64,000 bases of DNA, taken from NCBI GenBank assembly GCA_000708835.1, contig DF236988.1, positions 237,427-301,426 of the forward strand. The letters run 5' to 3'. Positions 41,489-52,800 of this stretch are shown here, one piece after another (within the stretch, counting starts at the first letter, position 1; each line of letters begins with the position of its first letter). Made by a program: the position numbers and the translations under genes. The notes under the pieces were generated by a model. The model made no database searches and was not told the origin of the DNA. It saw only the letters and a list, made by a program, of their open reading frames with translations. Source of the DNA: Klebsormidium nitens (taxonomy: Eukaryota > Plantae > Klebsormidiophyceae).

Positions 41489-43679
41489 TTAAGCTCCGAG
41501 GGCGGAGGTGTTGATGACCAGGAAAGCAGCTCCGCCAATGACGGTGACGAAAGTGGCGGCCCAGAGGGCGATGCCAGCAAGTCCAGGGGCGTAGGTGTCG
41601 CCAGTGGTGCTCCACTTCTCGGGGGTGAAGATGGGGGAGTACTCGTCCACGTTCTCCTTGCCAGTCTCGCCCTGAGGAAAAGACGAAGAACGGAATGGTC
41701 AGGCCTTTGAAGGGAGCGACAGTAGCATCTTGTCTAACTGTCAAGAGCAAAGAGCAGGACAATCTGCCCCATCAACCTAATGTGTGATGGCCGGACCTTG
41801 AAAGCTCTAGGGGAAGCGATTCCCACTCTTCTCTCTCCTCGAGAAATTGTGCCTTCAGCACAGGAAATGTTCGAACATCCGAGGCGCTTCCAGGGGGACT
41901 CGACGTTTGCTAGCGATTTCAGTCATCTGGTTAGAGAATAGCGAATCAAATTTGCAGTATCTTTCTTATGGATCTGCCCGGATTGTCTGTACGCTTTCGA
42001 ACAAGAATTCTGCAAGCCCATCCGTTAGATTGAAGCAATCAAAGCAGGCAGTTCAAGAAACATCCTTCCAACCCTAACGATCAGCAGATGGCTCGACACC
42101 TGATCAAGATGGTAACAGAGCATCTGACAATGAACTCCTGTGTTGGAAGAACTCCACGCAGCTCTTACCTGTAAGTAGTAAACATAGTTGGCGATGGGGT
42201 AAGCAGTGGCAGGTTCTGGAATCAGCTACAGAGATTCAAGCATGAGCTTTCAAGAGCAACAAGCAAACTGCCTCACCTTCAGTCTGAACACAACTCCGGG
42301 CTTTCCGTCCCTCCGTGTGGGGGCGCTCCCAGGCATGGTGGAGCCCTTGTATCCGACCAACCTCTGAGCACCCTGGGCAGCCTTTGGCTGCAGAAGCAAG
42401 TGAGGTATGTTGAGTTGAAGAATCGCTCAAGGCCTTGCTTGATCAGCAAATGGTTGGGGTCATCTCCGGGGTGGTTTCAAACCCTGATCAAGTTCTTTGG
42501 AAGGTCAAGCTCAGGCTATGCAAACACAGGAGGAAGAAGGCTATGGAACATATGAAGTTTTTGCATACAGGGCCGTCCAGCAAGTCCAGCAGGCTCAGAT
42601 CACAAGCAGATGAGTCAGACTGCATCTTTTCTACAGCCATCCCAGTTTGCTTCTTGTAGAAAACAAGAAGCAACATGACGAAGCTGGTCCTCGTTTGAAT
42701 CAGGCTGTGGCCGTCAAGGAAGCCAGGCAGAGGAGAATCGCTCATACATCCTAGCTGACTGCGAAAACCTCTGATGATGACTTTGCTCGTTCCTACTACC
42801 ACAGATGACAACTGGGAAGTTCATTCAGGCACATGTAGATGGATCATCCTTCTGTTTGATGCTTCTGAGGCTGCAACATAAGCTGTCGATCAAGCCAACC
42901 AGGGCTCATCCCTGGAAACTTCCCCACCATCCAGGCAGCAAGCAAAGGGAGTAGGAAAAGTACCAGTCATGAATAGCAAGGACCTCAAGAAGCCTTCAAC
43001 CAGTGCCGCATTGAAAACTGGCTAAAGAGTTAAAAGGACCGCCATCTGCTCCTTTTCAGAACGCCATGACAAGGTCACTACGTGCCGCAGCGCAACATTC
43101 ATTAAATCCAACTTTCTCCCAAGTGTGCTTGAGTGTTGCTTGACCCTGGTCTCCTGAGCATATGCTTAACCATACCAACCTGGAAGCGTCCAGGCTTGGG
43201 GCAGTTCAGAAATTACTCAGAATCATTCTCCCTGTCACCAAACTAGCGCTGCTGAGCAAGAAACTTCATTGGATCAAACCACAGTGTTTCACTCTGTGAA
43301 TGATTCTTCTGAACTCAGTACTAATAGAATGGTGGGTCCAGCCTTCGAAGTGGATATTGAGTCAGACCACACCAGCTTACAAGGGTACATCACCCCTTCA
43401 CAGAAAGGCAAGCTCACAGAAGACCATCAGCAAATCCACAATGCAACAAAATCCTCATCCGCTTTTCATTGCGTCACACAGAATGCGATTGCCTGACATG
43501 TGGCTCACCTTGTTGGACACGTTCTTGTTACTGTTAGCCCTCACAGACAGGCTCCTCCTGAGAGAGGGGAGCCCCGCTGCGGGTGCGCTGGCAACAGCAT
43601 CCCCCCTGAATGAGGAGGTCTGCGCTCCCAGGAAGGAAGACCTGGCGACAGCGGACGAGACAGCGGTGGTGGCAGCCAT
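41489..43679 (-). CDS. psbR: Photosystem II 10 kDa protein PsbR-like, copy 1 (154 aa). Exons 43679-43509, 42387-42277, 41671-41489
   Basis: A/S/R-rich transit-peptide-like N-terminus; NVDEYSPIFTPEKWSTTGDTY..GIALWAATF..GGAAFLVINTSALGA*, matching the PsbR C-terminus NVDGYSPIY..W...GD.Y..GL.IWA...LVYNTSAL. Two phase-0 GT-AG introns. Confidence 0.88.
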
Positions 43680-44240
43680 GATGTGTAGGGAGGGCTTGTT
43701 TGGGGTGGTGTGGTAACGGCGTTGTGTTTCTGGAATGCAATTAGTGCTGCAGAACAACTTGAAATGCAAGATTGGTTCTGTTTGCTTTCTGAATGCCCTC
43801 TGCAAATGTTGAAGGCCTGATTTGAAGGATCCTGTAGTCAGTCCTTTTGAAGCAGGGGGTCTGCTAAGACAGCAACTCTTGCCCCTAGCAAAGGCAGGGA
43901 ATGGCTTTTGTAGATTGAAAACAGCTTGTTGTAGAGCAACGGGAGGCGAGCATTCCACCAAACGCTTGATGAAGGCAGGCCAACCGCACCTTCTGCTCGT
44001 GTGAATCTGTACTGAGCCAAAATGTACAGAGAGTACAGAAAAGTGTACCAGGCAATCTGCGAATCTCGTATTTTGCTATCGTGGCCCCTTTTCCACCACC
44101 TCTGGCGCTATCCGATTGGTCAGCGCCCGAAAAATCGTCGGTGCGAATCGGGTCAGTAAATGTACGGCCATTCACAGGCGGTTTCTTGTGATTCGGTGCC
44201 TCAATCATGAGCCGCAAAAGCGTACCCAACCTTGTACTCG

Positions 44241-44423
44241 ATAATTTTCAAGAAAGATAATAATAAGCCAAGGTAATAATAAGCTCAAAAACACTAAAAA
44301 CCCTAACCCAAAAAGATACCTGCTCCGCACCCATACCCACCCTAACCACCAAACCAACCCTACCCGTCCAGTGCGGTTACCTTATTATTATCTTGGCTTA
44401 TTATTATCTTTCTTGAGTTAAAT
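44241..44423. mobile_element. 183-bp MITE with ~40-bp imperfect TIRs and a 9-bp TSD (TTGTACTCG)
   Basis: Direct repeat at 44232-44240 and 44424-44432. The left end ..TCAAGAAAGATAATAATAAGCCAAGGTAATAATAAG is the near reverse complement of the right end CTTATTATTATCTTGGCTTATTATTATCTTTCTTGA. Confidence 0.8.
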
Positions 44424-44552
44424 TTGTACTCGGGCTCTGAAACTTAGTCACCAATTCCGAGTCCAACTGAGCAAGGCGCCGCCCTTCAACCTTTGGCTTG
44501 CTGCTCAAATGTCGATACGGCCTGCTCCGGTCTTGAAGGCGTCAGGGGGCGC

Positions 44553-44592
44553 AGGTGGAGAGGTGGACAGGTGGGTAGGTGGACAGGTAAGC
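44553..44592 (+). repeat. 8-bp tandem repeat (AGGTGGAC-like, 5 units)
   Basis: AGGTGGAG AGGTGGAC AGGTGGGT AGGTGGAC AGGTAAGC. Confidence 0.7.
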
Positions 44593-46021
44593 ACTACGAT
44601 TATTGCCATGCTGAGTGCAGAACACTCCTGCAGTCTTTGTGTTTAGCAAGAATATAGCAACCACTGGAGCTAGCCAAAGCTAGCCGCGTCGGAGGATTGA
44701 TCAGACCGCGTGGACTGATTCGACATTATAATTTTGTGGTCTAGTAAGATGGAAGTTTGATCAGCAAGTTGTAACTTCGACACTGCCCGGTGTATGCTCT
44801 CAGCAAACCTTCTGAGAAGTTCTGATGATCTGGGGCGCGCGGCTGTGAGTTAGGCGCCCGAACAGACGGAGCATTAAGCGATCACCTAAAAGAATATTAA
44901 AGCCCGGTTGATGCCCCGATGGCGCCCACCAGTTCGGCGGCAGCAATACGGTGCCATGTCACAAGGAGCAGTTAAAATCAACATGAGGGCGGCTGTTGGA
45001 ATGCAGAGCATGGGTTCACTTCCAAGACCCAAAACCCCAAATTGGTTTATACAGTGCACTCGATTGAAGGCCCCAACAATCAGGGGAATGTTGAGAGATG
45101 CAAATATCGAGAGAAGCACTGAAGCCAGCTTTGATTCACCAGCTATATATCCGTACTCCTAGCCTCGACCACACTTTCTTAGTCTGAAATATAATATTGA
45201 TGGCACTCCAAGCGAGAGGCGGCCGGTGCGCCGTGGCATTTGTCTACACACCGGTAATTGGCGCCGAAGATTCGATTCTGGTTCCTCATGAGGCACACAT
45301 CAGTCAGTTTGTTCAAAAATATTGAGATGTCAACGTCTTTCCATCGTACCGCTTAAAGTGCAAAATGAAGGAAACGGAATGCTGCAACTCTTGCAGACAC
45401 TGGAGACATTTTAAAAGCACGCCAAACGAACAGAAGAGGTCCTCTAGAATTTGTCTAGCTGGACATGGTGGGTGCCACAGTATACATAATCCAGTTAGTA
45501 TCAGTGACGTTCTATCAGAAAACTTAAGTCAACGGCATATTTTTGACAAATTTAATGTCAGAAGCGCAGCAGAAATCGAAGGTCTCGCTGGATCAGTCGG
45601 TATGTCATGAGGACTGGTGACTTTCGTACTTGTGTGCTTATATAGCCATGTTTTCACCTTGTTGTCGACCAAGATAAGCATTAGAGTTCCTTGAAAGTTT
45701 TGACGTCTTCACATGCGATAGAGCTCAAGCAGATTGACTTGATCTTCTGATCTGGTCTCTTCGTCACTCAAGCCCGGTTTCTGCTCGAGGATCCTACTAT
45801 GGACCGTCTGGTCACTGTAGAAGTCGGTGCATTGACGTAAGCGGCGAGCGTAGCTAGCGGCAAAATCTTTTGACGTCTGCCGTTCTGCTTCACCGATATT
45901 ATCGTAAAAGCCCAAGTTCGTATACTTACTCGACCGCTGACCGGGCATCTATTCTGAACTTTGGCAGCTAAAAATCCTTTCCATCTACCTACATAACTTA
46001 TGCCTCCGACTCAAAATGCTA

Positions 46022-48481
46022 TCATGCCCCCAGGGCGGACGTGTTGACGACGAGATACGCGGCCCCCCCTATGACGGTGGTAAACGTGATGGCCCACAGA
46101 GCGATCCCGGCCAACCCTGGGGCGTAAGTGTCGCCGGTGGGGCTCCACTTTTCGGGGGTGAAGATGGGGGAGTACTCGTCCACGTTCATCTTGCCGTTTT
46201 CGGCCTGCAATGAGACATCAGCAAATGGGTTGAAGGAAACAAAGCGCGGCGGTTTGCAGTGAGAGCAGAAAGAAGCTGGTCTTTTCAAGAAGAAGCTAGA
46301 TGAGCAGGGTACAGTCTACGTATAATAATGGTGACTGAAGGCCGGTAAGAGAGTTAAGAGGAGCACAGGTGATCTTGAATGTCAAAGAACATGATGAGAG
46401 AAGTTGAAGTATCTGCTAGACAGCCGCCAAACATTGTTCCGACCTCTACGGCGCTGCACGACCACAATAAGATTCAGAAAGGATCTGCCAGAATGCATTT
46501 GTGATGGAGATCGGAAGATAGATGAAGGGTCAAACGGAAAAAAACTTTCGCTCAGGAACGGCGGAGGGACACGGAAAGCGGAGCTCAGACTAAGCGGGTG
46601 CTGAAAAGTACGAAGCAAGGTGATCAAGTCCACATTGAAGTTCGGCAGATCCCAAAGAAGAAAATCGGATTCGTAAGAGAACTTAAAAGTGCCTTCTGAG
46701 TGCCATGTAATCCAGACTTTTTCAAGCTAAGAAACAGATTCAGTCTGGCCTGGAGACGCAACGGCGAAATCAAAGTATGCCCACGTAAGATTTCTACCGT
46801 TCTCTTCCTCAAGGACTGGGTGCCCGAGTTTTCCTCTATTAACCTTTTGACTGGGCAGGTGAGGAGGGCATACGAATGCAGAATCATTCACGACAAGCAG
46901 GTCATCGCTTCGGAGACCATCAAGATCAAATTTCTTTCAACTTTGGAGCTAATGATTCTCACTGTCGCTATACTTAGGTCATTGAAGCCCATCATTTTGG
47001 AGGGACTCTCAAGCTCGACTCCCTTTTCCCCTTCTAGTAAAATCACAGGGTTTCTACCAAAAAGAGACTCCAGGGCAGGCCAAATTAGCCAGAGTGACAT
47101 CTCCGAAGAGTATCTAACGCTGGAATCTGATAGCAGCTGACATCACAATTCCTTTCAGAGATGAGTACCAAAAGGGAATGGGTATTTTCGCCCACCTTGA
47201 GCCGGTAGACGACCCCGGGCTTTCCGTCTCGTCGAGGCGGCGCGCTGCCAGGCATGGTGGAGCCCTTGTAGCCGACCAGCTTCTGGGCGCCCTGAGCGGG
47301 GGCAGACTGCAGAATTGGCGTAGAATGTTAGAAAAGGCGCAGATGTCGAAGTTGGGTACATCTGGCAGTGCGGATGATGAAAGGGGGCTTGTAAGACTCG
47401 CTACGGTCTCTTACTGTGGATTTGATTATGTATCGGAGTTCAGATGTCCCTTTCGGAGCTGCAGGAGATATAAACAAAAGAACTTCGTAGTGGGTAGAAG
47501 CAACCTGATGGGCCATGAAGCGAAGGGGGACTGGGCGAACTTTTTGCAGTGGGAATTGAGCCGACTTCGAAATCTACCTGAAGGATCCGCTTCGTAAAGA
47601 GCTCCAAGCTGAACAATGCAAGGAAAGGCTTGAAAGTGACCGGGCCCGGTAAGTCGGGCAGTGTCAACACTCAACGGTTTCCAGAGGATAAGAGTGTGTA
47701 GTGGCGTGGAAAAGAATAACGCAACAGAATCCAGTTCAAGTAGCAGCTAAAGCGATCACAAACGACAGGGGCACGCAAACAGAGGGACTCATCCAGCGGG
47801 CTCCTTGAAGAGTCGGAAATGTCGGCATCCTTCTTGTGGCACTGGAAAATTACAGTGCAAAGCTCTCTTACATGGCAGCTCCCTTTCATATGCAAATAAG
47901 ATACCGTACGTCAGCTCCTTAGCTCAGCAGTTTCAAACAGGACTCGTGATGCATTGCATCAAGGTCCTTCCCAAGACGTTCGTGCCAGTGACATTGCTTG
48001 GAGTGCTGCAAAGATCATATAGACTAAATCTAGTACGCGACCTACTACTCCAGACCCATTACAAGGAAATTAGGAATCAACCAAAAAGAGCCTGACGAAC
48101 CCTGTTGATCAGATTACGCACTAGCTGGCTCAAAGAAGACCGATCCATGCGATTTTTGGAAAACGGCGATCCTTCGTAGGGTGGAGGAAAAACTGCTACA
48201 CCCATTCACGGTCTCTCAGCTGCGACTAAGCTACCAGCTAGCTTAGCGCCACTACTCCACTGGTGACAAGAGTACTTCATGATCTTTTAGCGTTCGATTC
48301 TTACCTTGTTAGAGAAGGGCGAGTTCTTGTTGGCCCGGAGAGACGAGCTCGTTCTCATGGGGGGGAGCGCGGGGGCTGCGGACGTGCTGCCGATGGCATC
48401 CCCCCGGAAAGCTTGAGTCTCTGCTCCCAGGAAGGAGGACCGCGGGACGACGGACTGGATTGCGGCCGCTGTGGAGGCCAT
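46022..48481 (-). CDS. psbR: Photosystem II 10 kDa protein PsbR-like, copy 2 (156 aa). Exons 48481-48305, 47306-47196, 46204-46022
   Basis: Same exon layout as copy 1 (111-bp exon 2, 183-bp exon 3); MNVDEYSPIFTPEKWSPTGDTYAPGLAGIALWAITF..LVVNTSALGA*. Confidence 0.88.
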
Positions 48482-48949
48482 TGTGCAAGCAGAAGTATAG
48501 TCAAATAGTCAACTAGCAGTGGCTGAAAGTACTGAGAAGCGTTGGTTGAAAAGGGCTTGGCTGACAAAGGGCTGACAAGGCGTGTTAAAGAAGAACGTGG
48601 GCGGCGCATAGAAGCGTTGAAGGCTTGATTGGCTGTTTTTCAGGAGTTCGAAACTGATTTGAAGTGTGGAGGTGCAAGCGCTTGGATTTATGAAGGGGAG
48701 TGGAGCACTGTACGTTGGGCATTGGCAGAATCCTCAGAGCTTCGTCAGTCCAAACCAGTAAGCAGATCAGTATACGTTCCAGTGGCGAGCGGGCCATATT
48801 AAGCAGAAAGCAGTGCCCGGGAGTGCTCGGGCATGTGGTGCTGATTGCACGAGTTACTTTTTTGAGTGCCACTCATTAGCTCCGAGGTTTCAAGCACTTC
48901 GAACTTACTCGAAATGTCAGAGACCGCATCGCGTAAAATTCGCGGCGCG

Positions 48950-49085
48950 TCTATGACGTGCACTCGTGGCAGCCTCCAATGCTGACGAACCTTCACGCGG
49001 CCGCCCACCGTGGCTAATTCTGGGCCGGCCGTGGCACGATGCCATTGGTCTGGCAGTCTGAGTGGACACGTGCAGCCAGCCACGG
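48950..49085. promoter_or_regulatory. CpG-rich putative psbR copy 2 promoter with a G-box (CACGTG, 49067-49072), a TGACGTG and several GCCAC/GTGGC motifs
   Basis: Motifs seen directly, 470-600 bp upstream of the ATG. The light-responsive role is inferred from land-plant knowledge. Confidence 0.35.
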
Positions 49086-49833
49086 TCGTTGACTCGTGAT
49101 CCTGATGCGCAAATTTGTGGAGGCATACGCGTCGCACGAAGCAGATGAATGGTACACAAGATACTGTAACGAATACTGTACAAATGCACTTCTGAGTCTA
49201 TTGAAGTGAGGGTCGTTTTTGTCAGAGTCAAACTTCGTCAGTATCCAAGTTCGAATTGGCTGCCCACACACCGAGAGCCACATACAGATGCATCAATGTC
49301 ATAAGTTTCTCCCATATAATAAGCTCTATGAAGCCAAATTACAAGTGACAACAGCTTTCTATGTAAGCTCAAAAGACCATCATCGTTGCGTTGTTTCTGC
49401 TGCACAAGATCTTCGATTCCGCAGAAGAAGAAGCCATTGGCAATGATATGGATATGCCAGTAAACACCGACTCTCAAAGTCCGGTCCGAGTTATACTTCC
49501 TATACGTCTTTGACTGCTAGACATCTGGCAAGCTAGTACCAAGCTCCTCCATTTTCTACTCATGACAATGTGACCCCCACATATCAAGCCATGGGCTAAA
49601 CAAAGCCACCATGGCAACATAGTAAAAGTAAATAGCAACACTAGCAAAGTGTTGATATTGGCTCTGCAATGCCTTGTCCTTTGGTTGTAGGCAGCTATGT
49701 ATCTACTCAGATTAAGAGTGTCTGTTCAATGCTATCGTCTGCAAGCTTATACTCGAGTATTAGTATCCACAAGAATGCCTTGGCGAAAAGCTGCAAAAAG
49801 CCCACTTGATGTGTGCCTAGATTATCTACGCTC

Positions 49834-52800
49834 CTACGCATATACAAGTCCGTCCTGGCCCTCCCGCATGAAAACCTGAAAATTCGACAAGCTTTCGAGC
49901 TGCCGTGCCATCTTGGCTTCCAACTCCGCATCAGACTCTTCCCCACCGCCAAGCGTCGTCGCAATGCCGTCATAAGCCTTGTACACTTCCGTTTGGGACG
50001 GAGTTTGGGAGAAGATGCCACCCTCGTCCGAGAGCTGGCATAGGCGCTGGTAATGCTCGTATGCGGGGCTGGTCTCGATACTGCCCGCCAAAAGGCTCGA
50101 GCCGTACCAGTCGTCGTCGTCAGTGCTCGTGAAGCCAGGCCTGTATGGAAGTGATTCTATCTAAGATCCAACCTCACGAGTTCAGACAAATAATTCAAAT
50201 CGGGCTCTGCAGTACTGCCGGATTGCCTATCTTGGCTGGTTCCTCCGACGTCATCCTCGGCCATCTGCAAAAAATGAGTATTCGGAAGGTCGCAACCGAT
50301 AATCCAAAGGCTTACGATCAGCCAGCGCAGATTGGATTTTTGGCAGGCGCCCAGGATTCGACAACTTGCAGAAATGTTGCATTGGTGCACAGCTTTGAAC
50401 CCAAGACTTTGAAGGGAACCTTATTGCCGACGAGAAGTCCTTCGATCTGGCTGTGAGGCTGCAGCAACAAGAGGTGCAGACGGGAGCCGGTCAGATTGTG
50501 CTTTTTGAAGTGTATTGACGTTCTGAACAGCTGCAGTTGGGCGCACTTCCGGAGCGCGAATCTGTTCTGGAAGCAACTCAAGACAGAAGATGTCACCGTT
50601 TTCGCTTGGATCAGTGGAAGCGCTCCGAGTCCCTTCCTAGATTGAACCTTCAAGCCAACGGCAAACAATTTCAGTTTGCAGGAACTTAGTGTGCAACGTC
50701 ATCCCCTGATACAAGTTTGCCAAATCCGCTTTTGCTACTCACTGCAAGGGCCAGTATCATTTGAGACTCACTCTATGGTGTCATCACTCAGTAGATGCGA
50801 CAGCGGGTCGGTTTCCAGCTCCCCGACGACTGACGCTATTGAGCTGACGTCATCCTCCTCGGGGCGACGTGGCTCGGGTTCGGCGATCTCCTTGCGAGGC
50901 GAAATTGGGAACCCCTGCGAAACAGATGGCAGATGCTATCACTGATGCGCGGCATAAGCAAACAGAAGAATGGACTCGATCAGGAGAATAACAAGCTAAG
51001 GTACCAACGGAAGGGCCGCATCATGGTAAAGAACTAGGATGGTACGGGAGCAGAAGGCTTCCCTGTATCAGAATTTCGTCTCTGTAGCATTTGTCCTACT
51101 CCTGGATCTATTGCAAGTGACTCGAGGGATTGCAAAGACGCGCTTCCACGTCTCCACATTGTGTGGGGTTCTGTGCTTGGACTTGGAAGCACTGTGAAGT
51201 TCTCCACTGATGCTCCGCAAGTACGATGAAGCTCCAATTTGCGACGAAGTCGCACTTGTATGAAAATTTCGGAGCCAAAGAACAAGCACTTTTGACGTTT
51301 CGTGAACACGTACCAACAAAAGCAATGAGCCGAAGGCCCAGTGCCTCGATGCGAAAATTTGGCTGCAACTCCAACTCGCGCGATCGGACAACCACCGAAC
51401 CGCCTACGACCTTGCAGTCAGTCACCCCAACCGGGTAGGAAGAGTGTTCGCAAGAAAGGTGTTGACAGTGGTTTGGTCTTTCTGGGAAGGGCGCATCAAT
51501 GCGGTACGTACCTTTGGGTGATGTTCGGGAACGGCTCCGAAGAGCCAGCTGGGGCCAGTGAGGAGCACGTGCCTGCACGTCACGCAGCGGGGTCATATAC
51601 ATAATGCAAATTACGTCTCCTCACACTTGTTCGGTGCGAGGGCTTGAACAGATTACTCGATGGAGCCAATTTGCTCATTCTGTTTCTTAGCGACTACGTC
51701 TTTGGAAAATCACGTGCTCATATTTGCAAACCGCCTCGAACCACCGAGAAAAGCCCCAGCCCTGATATACTGCCAATAAACGTGTCCCTCGGAGTCGATA
51801 CTTTGAATCTCACTTTTTGTTTTCTGCTTGCTAAAGAAACTTAGACTCCGCAGAAGACAGTTCGCCGAAAAGTCGCGGCCGGCCGCAAGTGAGACCAACC
51901 ATAGAAAGCCAGTCCTCCAAAACCTAGACGGATATCGTGGAAACAATCGACTGGAATTTACCACAAGCTTGGCAGCGCAGATCCGAAAGATGATCGGAAC
52001 AGGAGTCTGAGGATCTGGCGAAATATCGCAAGGCCGTTTCTCTAACCCTCTACTAAGTAAAGCACATGTCGCGCAAGAATGGCCAAACAACTTGATTGTG
52101 ACCATACTGCATAAGCTGACTCTTGTGGAGTGAACTCACAAATCTTCCGTCGACGTTCCCGCTTTGGACTTCTCGACGGGCTCAACGGCCTCTCTGACGA
52201 GCCGCACATGCCTGACAGCCGCCTGAGTGGCTGCCAGCTTGTCGAATGACGTCAGCTTGAGGCGGGGAGGGGCGTCAGCGCTGTGGGGGGGGCTCGCGTG
52301 GGGCGGCAAGCAGAGGGGCGTCGGGGGGTCGTCACCGCTGCGAAAATGAAAAAAACTTCAGTTGAATGATGCTGGTCTCAGCGGAAGAAATAAGATTGAT
52401 TGGAGATAACAGTCTTTAGTGACTTGTCGGAATATCAAGACCCTTCCAGGCAGAAGGTGCGTTTCAGGTCTGCAGGGTTTCGCAGAGGTCTGCCATGGTT
52501 GCCCTGACTCAGGCCACACATGCCTGCTTCTTTCGTTCTGTTCAGAATCAATAAATCCCCTGAAAGTTTGCTGTATGACACGGCGCAACCACACTCCCAC
52601 TACCGCCCTTCTTGCCCTGGATCACGCTCCTCCCAATCAGATTAGAAGTAGCAATTAAACGGCCTTTTATAAGATTGTCAAACCCGAAAAACGCAACGAA
52701 ACTGCCCGCTTACCCGGACGGTCCCGGGCCTTTGTCCTGCGGACTCTCCGCTGACTGGCCCATGTGCAGGTAGTAGTCGTTGTCCAGCTCCCACAGCGCG

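Noticed and set aside
44886-45119. ORF with IPLIVGAFN resembling the LINE endonuclease GDFN motif
   Set aside because: The catalytic Asp is absent and no other APE or RT motifs are nearby.
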